Source: a virus (lineage: Duplodnaviria > Caudoviricetes). Taken from it: 59,881 nt of DNA. Under the pieces are notes generated by a model that searched no databases, was not told where the DNA came from, and saw nothing but the letters and a program-made list of their open reading frames with translations. Each line of letters opens with the position of its first letter. Position 1 is the first letter of the stretch. The stretch spans positions 1 to 59,881 of IMG/VR virus record IMGVR_UViG_3300046001_001163; one strand, given 5' to 3'. Positions 8,773-16,820 of the stretch are shown piece by piece. A program made the position numbers and the translations under genes.

Positions 8773-10293
8773 TTAATAATAAGCAGCTTTCTTTCTAGCT
8801 TTATAATAGTAGTCGTCAACATCAGCCTCATCACTGGGTAGTCGTAGAAAACCGCCTTGTCTAAACCGCAACAACGCTAGTGTTGTAGAATCCACTAAGT
8901 CATCATGCGTACCACTTGGAAAATCGTTACATTCTTCTATGACTTCTTTAGCCCATCTGTGTTCAGGAGCCCATACTATACCAGCAGAGAACAAATCGGA
9001 TATAGCATTAACTCTACTAATTTTATCTTGACCTTTACCGGGTGTAAACTCGCCTATGGGTACCCCCATACGCCTTAATTCTTGGTACAAAGCGGCCCCG
9101 TTAGACTTCTTTTCAACTATAAAAGAGTCAGGTTGCCATTCCTTGTACTCTTCTAGTACAAGTTTCTTTAGATCGGGGAACTCCAGCCGTCTCTTTATAG
9201 CATTTAATAGTATAATATTAAAGTTATTAGTTTCTTCATTGAAAAATACTCCCCAAATGGTAAGAGCATTGTAATCGGCTCTGTTATTTGTTTCTTGGGC
9301 AGCATCAAGAGCCATAATGGTAAACTCACACTCAGGAGGTGTATTCCCTTCCCAAATGTTCCACCATTCACGCTTAATTAACGCCCCTTCTTCCGAAGTT
9401 GGCTTCTGTAAATACTGAGCGTTCCAGTACCGTACGTCTAACGAGGCTTTCTTAGCTAATAACTCCTCAATATCCCAGAACTCAGGCCACAGTGCAGTGC
9501 CATCATCTTTAATAGCAGGGAATTCTATAACTTCCCATGGGTCTACACCCTCTTCACGTTCCATTTGTGAAACTATCTGCCCAGTAAGGTCTAGTTTAGA
9601 CCACCGAGTCATTACAACAATAATAGCCCCACCCGGCATCAGACGTTGGATAGGACCAGACTGGAACCACTCCCACGCTGGAAGGAAAACACTAGCTTTA
9701 TTCTGTTTAGCGTCTTGCTCTGAGTGTGGATCATCAATTATAAAAAGGTCCGCCCCACGGCCCGCAAGAGCACCCCCCACTCCAATAGCGAAATACTCAC
9801 CATTAAAATTTGTACCCCATCTAGAGGCAGATTTTGAGTCAGACTGTAACTCAACTTGTGGAAAAATACCTTTATATTCATTGGAACCTACTAAGTTACG
9901 TACCCGTCTACCGAAGTTAATAGCTAAGTCAGCAGTGTGAGAAGCCATTATGATCTTCTTTTGTGGGAATTTACCTAAGAACCATGCTGGCGCTAGATAT
10001 GATATAAGTTCAGACTTACCATGACGCGGGGCAATGTTAACTACAACACGTTTTTTCTTACCTGCGGCTATGTCTTCAAAGACTTGTATCAGTTTTAAAT
10101 GGTGAGGCCCTACTTTGTAGTCAGGATATACATGATTAATGAAATCTAGGAAAGAAAGCTTCCCTAATGTCTGAGCTATCTGGGCCTCATATTCTTTTAA
10201 GAGTAGTGCGGTGCGGCGTTTTTGGGCATCAGGCATCGTGGGTAATGCTTGACGCAGTTTAAATAGATCTTCTGGAGTAAGTTTAATACTCAT
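8773..10293 (-). CDS. terL: Terminase large subunit
   Basis: Walker A APRHGKS, Walker B IIDDP, coupling motif VMTRW, RNase H-like nuclease (ALDAA...HDDLVDS). Confidence 0.95.
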   Translation of the reverse strand: MSIKLTPEDLFKLRQALPTMPDAQKRRTALLLKEYEAQIAQTLGKLSFLDFINHVYPDYKVGPHHLKLIQVFEDIAAGKKKRVVVNIAPRHGKSELISYLAPAWFLGKFPQKKIIMASHTADLAINFGRRVRNLVGSNEYKGIFPQVELQSDSKSASRWGTNFNGEYFAIGVGGALAGRGADLFIIDDPHSEQDAKQNKASVFLPAWEWFQSGPIQRLMPGGAIIVVMTRWSKLDLTGQIVSQMEREEGVDPWEVIEFPAIKDDGTALWPEFWDIEELLAKKASLDVRYWNAQYLQKPTSEEGALIKREWWNIWEGNTPPECEFTIMALDAAQETNNRADYNALTIWGVFFNEETNNFNIILLNAIKRRLEFPDLKKLVLEEYKEWQPDSFIVEKKSNGAALYQELRRMGVPIGEFTPGKGQDKISRVNAISDLFSAGIVWAPEHRWAKEVIEECNDFPSGTHDDLVDSTTLALLRFRQGGFLRLPSDEADVDDYYYKARKKAAYY

Positions 10294-10853
10294 GCTAAAG
10301 AAATTATCTGTCTAGCTTCTGCATCTATAACTCTACCCTCAATAATACTAAGGGTGTCTAATAGTTCTTTCTCAACTTCCTCTATAGTCTGTACTTTAAT
10401 AATTACTTCTGTACGGCGTTTGAAAGCATCAACACCATCTACGTCTCCTAAATGTTTTAGAGCAGCAATTCTAGTCTTACTATCTTGAGTATTCTCTATC
10501 TCAGCAACTAACTTATTAATTACATACATTTTAAGATCAGCTAAGTCATCCACAATAGATACATTCATTTGAGCAACCATACCTGCAAGTAGAGCAAGGG
10601 TTTCATTTGGGTATTGTGGGAACTGCGGACGGTAGCTTGGATTAGCAGCCATTTCTGTAGCAATAGCTTTCGCTTCTTCTACGTCAGACGCCGTTGGTGT
10701 AATGGGATTATTAGTTAAATCTGAAAGTAGTTTGACCACGTTTGCCCGCATGTGCAGTTCTTCTGTAGGCGACAGCGTGGGAAACGCATCTTTAGCGTTT
10801 GCAGGTAGAGGTATGTTTTCCTCTATGGTAGGGCAATTATAGTCTAATGTCAT
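10290..10853 (-). CDS. Putative terminase small subunit
   Basis: 187 aa, overlaps the terL start (ATGA); RIAALKHLG helix typical of TerS. Confidence 0.65.
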   Translation of the reverse strand: MTLDYNCPTIEENIPLPANAKDAFPTLSPTEELHMRANVVKLLSDLTNNPITPTASDVEEAKAIATEMAANPSYRPQFPQYPNETLALLAGMVAQMNVSIVDDLADLKMYVINKLVAEIENTQDSKTRIAALKHLGDVDGVDAFKRRTEVIIKVQTIEEVEKELLDTLSIIEGRVIDAEARQIISLA

Positions 10854-10881
10854 ATTTACTGTTTGGTAAAATGTTTTAAGA

Positions 10882-10910
10882 AGTCTAACACATAGGTAAA
10901 TTTTTGCGAA
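10882..10910 (-). promoter_or_regulatory. sigma70-like promoter for the packaging/head operon
   Basis: TTCGCA-17 bp-TAGACT with an extended -10 (TGT TAGACT). Confidence 0.5.
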
Positions 10911-11091
10911 ATATTTTTTTGATGGGGCTTTTTAAAAACGGTAGGGGGGTTTCTGTAACTATACTTATCCTTAGACGCCGTGGACCTAGTGGATTTTGCA
11001 GTTCTATTTGAGCTAGTTCAAGTGTATAGGGCGAGATGGAACCAGATTGAGAAAACGGGGGTATAGGGGTCGCCGTATTGGGTCCAGACGT

Positions 11092-11154
11092 TTTATTCTA
11101 CACCTAAACTGTACTTAACAGATATTTTATGGTCTAATAGAACCGTACCAGATG
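11092..11154 (+). repeat. 63-bp direct repeat, copy 1 (probable early promoter)
   Basis: 56/63 identical to 11933-11995; both copies precede plus-strand ORFs. Confidence 0.85.
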
Positions 11155-11184
11155 AGTACATAACTATAACAACGAGGCAATACA

Positions 11185-11313
11185 ATGAACCTATTAAAGA
11201 TTGAATGTTGGAAAGAACTTAACATAGTAATGAAGGTATACATCTGTATCGGCGCCGCATTTATGGCGGTCATATTAATAGAGAACATAGCAGTCGCTAT
11301 GTTAAGAGGGTAA
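11185..11313 (+). CDS. Small membrane protein (42 aa)
   Basis: Read by hand: MNLLKIECWKELNIVMKVYICIGAAFMAVILIENIAVAMLRG; GAGG SD context identical to that of ORF 11549. Confidence 0.6.
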   Translation: MNLLKIECWKELNIVMKVYICIGAAFMAVILIENIAVAMLRG

Positions 11314-11317
11314 GACA

Positions 11318-11506
11318 ATGAATGATATTGAAGTAAAAGTGTTATACACATTATGGTTTACATATCGAGGCGGTAAGAACGTTGTAGTATTAGAGCGTCT
11401 TATAGAACCTTCAAAGGCTGGTAAGTTCTTAGATATGTATGATGGACTAATGGATAGTATGTGGTACATGTGTCCTACTGAATACTATAACAACAACCTA
11501 AGATAG
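11318..11506 (+). CDS. Early hypothetical protein
   Basis: 62 aa; GAGGG SD. Confidence 0.6.
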   Translation: MNDIEVKVLYTLWFTYRGGKNVVVLERLIEPSKAGKFLDMYDGLMDSMWYMCPTEYYNNNLR

Positions 11507-11548
11507 TAACCCAACGCACAAGGACGTGCATAACAACGAGGCAATACA

Positions 11549-11794
11549 ATGAACACATATGATGATATATCAAAAGAACTAAATGATCTAACAGAACAAC
11601 AAAAAGTTATACTCGCATCAGTTTGGTGTGATTACTATCCTAGGTCCCCATGTTCAAGGATACAAGAGCTATGGGATTATGCAAATGATAGTAACCTATC
11701 TAGTGAGTTATATAGTATGCAGTCTTATAAGATGTGCGTTATGGACTTTGTATCTAAATGTATAGTAGCTGTATCTCAAGAGTTTGGTAGATAA
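11549..11794 (+). CDS. Early hypothetical protein
   Basis: 81 aa; GAGG SD; followed by a terminator. Confidence 0.65.
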   Translation: MNTYDDISKELNDLTEQQKVILASVWCDYYPRSPCSRIQELWDYANDSNLSSELYSMQSYKMCVMDFVSKCIVAVSQEFGR

Positions 11795-11800
11795 CAACAC

Positions 11801-11824
11801 GGAGACCTTCGGGTCTCCTTTTTT
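11801..11824 (+). terminator. Rho-independent terminator
   Basis: GGAGACC-TTCG-GGTCTCC-TTTTTT. Confidence 0.9.
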
Positions 11825-11932
11825 ATACCATGTCAAATTGATACCAGTTATAAGTGCCCGAGCTCGTCACGTTGTGAGCGTGGCGGACGGCGTTAGGCGT
11901 GGCGCACCATATGGACACATGTCCATGTCCTA

Positions 11933-11995
11933 TTTATTCTACACCTAAACTTTACCTAACAAACATATTATGGTTAAATAGAACCGTACCAGATG
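11933..11995 (+). repeat. 63-bp direct repeat, copy 2 (probable early promoter)
   Basis: 56/63 identical to 11092-11154. Confidence 0.85.
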
Positions 11996-12029
11996 CAAAC
12001 GTGCAAACGGACAAATCGAGATTAATACA

Positions 12030-12611
12030 ATGACAATTAAAAAAGATATACAAACAGTTAAAGCGCAAGGTTATAACCAAGCGGTTGCAGGCGATACCAT
12101 AACCACTATAGCAATGTGGTGTATTGCTAATATAGTTGGTTTCCCTGTTAAGGCTGATATACCAAGCGAATCGAAAGACCAGCTCTATCAAGGTTACAGG
12201 TTACGCCGTAATGAATGTTTTAAACCATCTATAAGTACTCTAGATAGTGGGCGGGAGCAACTTGTAACAGTCGATGTTGCTTATTCTTTTAACAGTGTAT
12301 CATTTGGCAAACTTAAAAACGACCAACCCAAGCTATACCACGCCGTTAAGGACGTTAGAATTGCAACTGATAGCTATTGCTCTAAGAACTATAACCGCCT
12401 ACTTGCAAAGGGTTTGGAAATTCAAAACGAGGGTAAAGAACGAGGTAAGAGAACAACACTAAGTTTTGAAGAACAAGTTGCGAAATCATTTGATAGTCTT
12501 GACGGCAAGGCAAGATTAATGGCAAGTAAAGAGATTGAGAACAAAGTAGTCGAGGATAGGTATAAAAGAGCAGTTGTAGCTTTCAATCGGGTTTGGAATA
12601 GTGAGGACTAA
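12030..12611 (+). CDS. Early hypothetical protein
   Basis: 193 aa, monocistronic between repeat copy 2 and a terminator. Confidence 0.75.
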   Translation: MTIKKDIQTVKAQGYNQAVAGDTITTIAMWCIANIVGFPVKADIPSESKDQLYQGYRLRRNECFKPSISTLDSGREQLVTVDVAYSFNSVSFGKLKNDQPKLYHAVKDVRIATDSYCSKNYNRLLAKGLEIQNEGKERGKRTTLSFEEQVAKSFDSLDGKARLMASKEIENKVVEDRYKRAVVAFNRVWNSED

Positions 12612-12619
12612 GTAGTAAA

Positions 12620-12836
12620 TTAAAAACGCCGTAGGCTTAGGTCTACGGCGTTTTTTTTTGGCTTAAATTTTGTCCACATCAAATTGATGCCAGTTATTCG
12701 ATTGTGAGCGTGTTGATTGCGTTATGACCTAGTAGATTATTTCCTGAGTGGAGATTGATGCCAGTTATGAGTTCGTGGGCGCGTTTGATTACGTTTGACG
12801 GCGTTTTAGACTTTGCTTGTTTGTACGTAGTACTTG
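12620..12836 (-). ncRNA. Candidate leftward small RNA (~215 nt)
   Basis: Bounded by a sigma70 promoter (12843-12871) and the bidirectional terminator; no SD-led ORF; two internal ~44-nt imperfect repeats. Confidence 0.45.
12622..12659. terminator. Bidirectional rho-independent terminator
   Basis: AAAAACGCCGTAG-GCTTAGGT-CTACGGCGTTTTTTTTT; T tract on both strands. Confidence 0.85.
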
Positions 12837-12842
12837 AGCTCA

Positions 12843-12871
12843 AGTCTACATCTTTTTTTTTCGCTTGTCAA
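12843..12871 (-). promoter_or_regulatory. Leftward sigma70 promoter
   Basis: TTGACA (12871-12866)-17 bp-TAGACT (12848-12843). Confidence 0.7.
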
Positions 12872-12999
12872 CACTTATTTTCACGATGTGGACACCTGTC
12901 CACATGCTATTTGTTGTAGTATAACGTGGTTGATATAATATTCTCTTAGCTATTAGGTTTATTATATAAACTAAACTTTACCATAAGGCTCTACAGACC

Positions 13000-13800
13000 G
13001 CATTATACCGTTGACGAAATAACATAAGAACACCGTTTGACATATAAAACACCGTTAAGCTATTGATTTATATAGACGCCGTCAGTTTTGTGTCAAAAAC
13101 GTGTGTCATTCTACAGGGTTTTTTTGACACAAGAATTGGGCTAAGTGTAAAGTGGTTGTAGAATCGCAGACCAAGTGTTTTAGCCGTTTGTCTCTTTTTA
13201 CAGTGTAGCATAAGGCTTCGTTGTGCAAACCATGCAAGCATTTTTGGAGGGTATGCCCCGTAGAAATACTTTTTTTAAAGACCTAATAGACCTCGGCAAG
13301 AGCAGTTAAAAATAGTCGGCTAATCCGGAAATACCCCTATACCCTAAATATGCTTGCATGGTTTGCACAACAATATAAAAGTATTCTACAATATATACTA
13401 CTACTACTACTAATAATAATAATAAAATATAATATAAATAAGTAGTTAGACAGTTTTACTTTTCATGGAATGAAACTCAGAAATGAAAAAGCCCTGTTTT
13501 TGTGTACACTGGACATAATGTAGAGTGCACAAATCCGACAGCGTCTATAACCCTCCAGACCAAGTGTTTTAGGCACCTCCAGCGATGTTCCATTTTTGTG
13601 TCACAACCAAATCCCCTAATGTAAAGTGTAAAGTTAGCACCCCAAAAACATCCCCATTGCACCCATTATTGCCCTTAACATTACATATAAAGCCGTATCA
13701 TTCAACACAACATCGCTACAACTTGACAAAATACCCTAATCATTATACAGTACGTTTACATTATATTTTTCCGTTTTTTGACACAAAACTGCGTCAGAAT
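13000..13800. other. Repeat-rich non-coding region, candidate replication origin
   Basis: Nested inverted repeats (17 bp at 13083/13775; 22 bp at 13220/13350), a 17-bp direct repeat (13167/13556) and an AT-rich tract at ~13372-13460. Confidence 0.5.
13723..13751 (+). promoter_or_regulatory. sigma70 promoter for ORF 13857
   Basis: TTGACA-17 bp-TACAGT. Confidence 0.6.
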
Positions 13801-13856
13801 CATTTAAGAAATAATAGAAATGAAATCCCACAACCTTAACCAAAAGAGTACACACC

Positions 13857-14747
13857 ATGCGTAAAGTAGAAGTTGACATTACAGTAGAATGCGAAACACA
13901 CACAATGACTGAATGGGCTAAGATATTAAAGATGAATAGACATACATTCCGTATGCGATACCTACGAGGTCTACGAGGTGAAGCTCTTGTTGCACCACTA
14001 GAGCCAAGAAAGCCTAAAGAAAAGATAATTAACATAAGGACAACTGTCCACATTGAAGATGAAGCAGAGCAAGAAACCCAGACCCAAGCCCAAGAAGCAC
14101 CCCTGCCATACCCACAGCGTCTACTAACTTATAAAGGCAAGACTAAGACCCTAAAAGATTGGAGCAGAATAACTGGCATCCAGTTTGGCACAGTCCTACA
14201 GCGTTATAAGGCAAACAAAACACCAGAGCAGATACTCGCCAAGATTGACCCCACAGCGTCTACCCATGCTAACCAACGCCTACTTACCTATAAAGGCGAA
14301 ACACTAAACATGACTAAATGGGCAAATCGTTACAGCATACCACTAAGTACAGCGCTATACAGACATGCCAGACATGAACTAGGTAAGATAACAACAGAGG
14401 AAGTATTGTTTGGCATAAAGAACGCTAACACTAAACACGATATAGCCAAGAACCTAACAGACTATAGACTACGTCAACTAAAACAGCGTCAGGCAGACCA
14501 GCACAAAGAGAAAGAAGATGCACTACAAGCGTATAAAGACAACGTGGCTTGGATAAAGGGCGAGAAGATTAGAAGAGTAGAAACCCCATACTCAAACCAT
14601 CAGACCAACACACTAAACAAATTCAACGAACCACAGGGCTTCGTGTGGCAGAACACAGGACACATAGAGGTAGCAGAGAAAGACATACCAGAAGAACTAC
14701 GCAACATGGTGGATATATTCAAAGCCCCGAAAGCATATGATGAGTAA
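13857..14747 (+). CDS. Putative DNA-binding protein with three repeated HTH-like modules
   Basis: Three copies of a TYKG.T..L..W....G/N I.....R module like those appended to phage HNH nucleases; no HNH motif seen. Confidence 0.65.
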   Translation: MRKVEVDITVECETHTMTEWAKILKMNRHTFRMRYLRGLRGEALVAPLEPRKPKEKIINIRTTVHIEDEAEQETQTQAQEAPLPYPQRLLTYKGKTKTLKDWSRITGIQFGTVLQRYKANKTPEQILAKIDPTASTHANQRLLTYKGETLNMTKWANRYSIPLSTALYRHARHELGKITTEEVLFGIKNANTKHDIAKNLTDYRLRQLKQRQADQHKEKEDALQAYKDNVAWIKGEKIRRVETPYSNHQTNTLNKFNEPQGFVWQNTGHIEVAEKDIPEELRNMVDIFKAPKAYDE

Positions 14748-14775
14748 TTGGGGAGGGCTAAGATAATAACAAACC

Positions 14776-14844
14776 AAACATCTACCCGACAAACATCTAC
14801 CCGACAAACATCTACCCGACAAACATCTACCCGACAAACATCTA
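14776..14844 (+). repeat. Tandem repeat AAACATCTACCCGAC x4 plus a partial copy
   Basis: Perfect 15-bp units start at 14776, 14791, 14806 and 14821; partial copy at 14836. Confidence 0.95.
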
Positions 14845-14871
14845 ACTCACTTATCTATCGTATTTAGTACC

Positions 14872-14900
14872 TTGACATAGGTAAAGTTTTACTGTATAAT
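14872..14900 (+). promoter_or_regulatory. Consensus sigma70 promoter for the long plus-strand operon
   Basis: TTGACA-17 bp-TATAAT, exact consensus. Confidence 0.9.
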
Positions 14901-15013
14901 AGTACTTGTAGTACGGAATTAGGAATTAAATCAGAAAGGGTTTTAAGGTAGTAAAAGGTGTTTATGTTAATTAACGTGTGGACATGTGTCCACATTACAA
15001 TCGGAGAAGTAAG

Positions 15014-15157
15014 ATGAAAGAGTTACTAGAGGCATTAGCGGATTTGGCTACAAATGCAGATGAAGACTGCCCACATGAGTACAGAAGCAAACATTTTGAT
15101 ATAGCGTTAGATACTGCATGGGATTTAATAGTTAAATATAATAAGGAACTAAAATGA
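15014..15157 (+). CDS. Small hypothetical protein (47 aa)
   Basis: Read by hand: MKELLEALADLATNADEDCPHEY...; GGAG SD; stop coupled to the next start. Confidence 0.6.
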   Translation: MKELLEALADLATNADEDCPHEYRSKHFDIALDTAWDLIVKYNKELK

Positions 15158-15342
15158 ATGAAGATATGATTGATAAAGAGTACAGAGCCTTCACCGTTCT
15201 ATATAAGAAGTCATCAGCGGAGATATGGGCGAAGTCAAGAGAGAGTGCAATGAACAAGGCTCAGAGCCACTTCAAAGTAACAGCTAATCAACGCAACAAC
15301 ATCAGAGTTATTAAAGAATTTGATGCACTAATGGTAGGGTAA
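15154..15342 (+). CDS. Hypothetical protein
   Basis: 62 aa; AAGGA SD. Confidence 0.6.
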   Translation: MNEDMIDKEYRAFTVLYKKSSAEIWAKSRESAMNKAQSHFKVTANQRNNIRVIKEFDALMVG

Positions 15343-15346
15343 TGAG

Positions 15347-15496
15347 ATGGTAAGTCTAGAGAAGATATACACGGCGCAAGCCAATGCACACGGAAACATA
15401 ATAGTATGCCGTGGTACTGAAGTAAGAAACTCTTATAAGATAATAGGTACTGGGTCTTATAAAGAAATGTTAGAACTTAAACTTAAACAGGATTAA
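15347..15496 (+). CDS. Small hypothetical protein (49 aa)
   Basis: Read by hand: MVSLEKIYTAQANAHGNIIVCRG...; fills the gap in the operon. Confidence 0.5.
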   Translation: MVSLEKIYTAQANAHGNIIVCRGTEVRNSYKIIGTGSYKEMLELKLKQD

Positions 15497-15500
15497 TACA

Positions 15501-16556
15501 ATGACTAAAGAAGAATTAGACCAAATGGTGCGTGACATAGAGCAAGCTGAGGCAGAGCTTGTAGAGGAAGGATTGAATAAAGAAGAATTAGACCAAGAGG
15601 AGGAAGGACTGGCATCCGATGTGGACATGTGTCCACACGCTAAAGAAGAAATAGTGCCACAAGTAACGGCGTTGAGCCAACCAAAGCATTTAATATCTCT
15701 TAGCACATCAGCTGTGCTTGTATGTGCAGATGTTCGGGTGTGGAGTGCAACAGCGGTAGACCCAGAGATATCTAGTGAGGTTACAACTGCTAAGAAAGCA
15801 GACAAGAACGCAGGGAAATTCGTTAAGAATATATTAAACAATAATGCCAAGCATAAGGCTATCGTCAACTACAGACAGACTATTTATAACTGGATGAAGA
15901 GACGAACTTATAGATGGAACAAGAGTCAGGACTTGCTACCTAGTATGGACTTACCAATGTTCAAGCAAGAGTGGGCACATCATGAGAACCAATTTAATAT
16001 TATATTAGATGAGTTTATTAATGACTATGACCACATCGTCAGCAACATGGCATTCAGTCAGGGCGATATGTTCAACAGAGATGACTACCCAACTAAAGAT
16101 GAAGTACGTAAGAAGTTTAGTGCTCAGATGTTTGTTGCAGAAGTACCGACCAATGACTTTAGATGCAGTATAGCTAATGATATCGCAGAGGATTTGTACG
16201 ACACATACACCAAGCAGACGGCGTCTATCATCGAGGGCATTGCGAAAGACCAAGGCGAACGGCTAATTGACTTGATGGTTAGTATAAGCTTTTGCTGTGA
16301 CATAGAGGACAAAGACTCTAAAAGACGCCGTAAGATATACGACACTACGCTGGACAAGGCTAAGAGTATGTGTGACTTGTTCAAGACCTTTAACCTTACA
16401 AGTAATCCTCAGTTAGAGGAAGCAAGGGCAAACTTAGAGAGAACGCTCAAGGGTGTAGATGCAGAGGCAATAAGAGGTAGCGATAGCCTAAGAATATCTG
16501 TAAAGAAAGATGTAGATAGTATCTTAGAGAAGTTCAGTAGCTTTAAATGCGTGTAA
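15501..16556 (+). CDS. DUF3150-like protein
   Basis: W......LLP, F...Y, F...DYP...EVR.KF and FNLT..P.LEEAR..LE patterns recalled from DUF3150-like phage proteins; upstream of the AAA/VWA pair. Confidence 0.6.
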   Translation: MTKEELDQMVRDIEQAEAELVEEGLNKEELDQEEEGLASDVDMCPHAKEEIVPQVTALSQPKHLISLSTSAVLVCADVRVWSATAVDPEISSEVTTAKKADKNAGKFVKNILNNNAKHKAIVNYRQTIYNWMKRRTYRWNKSQDLLPSMDLPMFKQEWAHHENQFNIILDEFINDYDHIVSNMAFSQGDMFNRDDYPTKDEVRKKFSAQMFVAEVPTNDFRCSIANDIAEDLYDTYTKQTASIIEGIAKDQGERLIDLMVSISFCCDIEDKDSKRRRKIYDTTLDKAKSMCDLFKTFNLTSNPQLEEARANLERTLKGVDAEAIRGSDSLRISVKKDVDSILEKFSSFKCV

Positions 16557-16765
16557 TCTTTATAAAGACAGACAACGTGCCATCTACTTGCAATTACTTA
16601 ACTAATGGTAAAGAGTATATGGGTAGACAGGAATCACCACTAAGTATAGAGCTACGAGTAGTACGTATTATTAGTGATAGTGGTACTGAGGTAAGTACGC
16701 TCCTTACAGGGTGTGCTCACCTTGATGATAAAGATTGGGAGGTAGTTAGAATATTAGAAGTATAG
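16547..16765 (+). CDS. Hypothetical protein
   Basis: 72 aa with YLT.GKEY and CAHL...DW motifs. Confidence 0.6.
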   Translation: MRVIFIKTDNVPSTCNYLTNGKEYMGRQESPLSIELRVVRIISDSGTEVSTLLTGCAHLDDKDWEVVRILEV

Positions 16766-16820
16766 CAGTAAACAACACATGGACAACTGTCCACATTATA
16801 AATATAACTAAGGAAATACA

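Noticed and set aside
8773-10293. Intein or intron in terL (polA, helicase and primase also checked)
   Set aside because: Lengths and motif spacing look normal; no intein splice-junction motifs or reading-frame breaks were seen.
13220-13371. Retron msr-msd (a1/a2 inverted repeats) or DGR element
   Set aside because: No reverse transcriptase motif in any ORF of the window, and no adenine-specific TR/VR pair was seen.
13477-14053. ORFs 13477-13662, 13585-13839 and 13736-14053
   Set aside because: No convincing SD, atypical composition, and they overlap repeats, a promoter or the real ORF 13857; treated as spurious.
14776-14844. CRISPR array
   Set aside because: The 15-bp units are contiguous with no spacers. 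The Cas4-like gene at 28687 sits in a replication module with no other cas genes.
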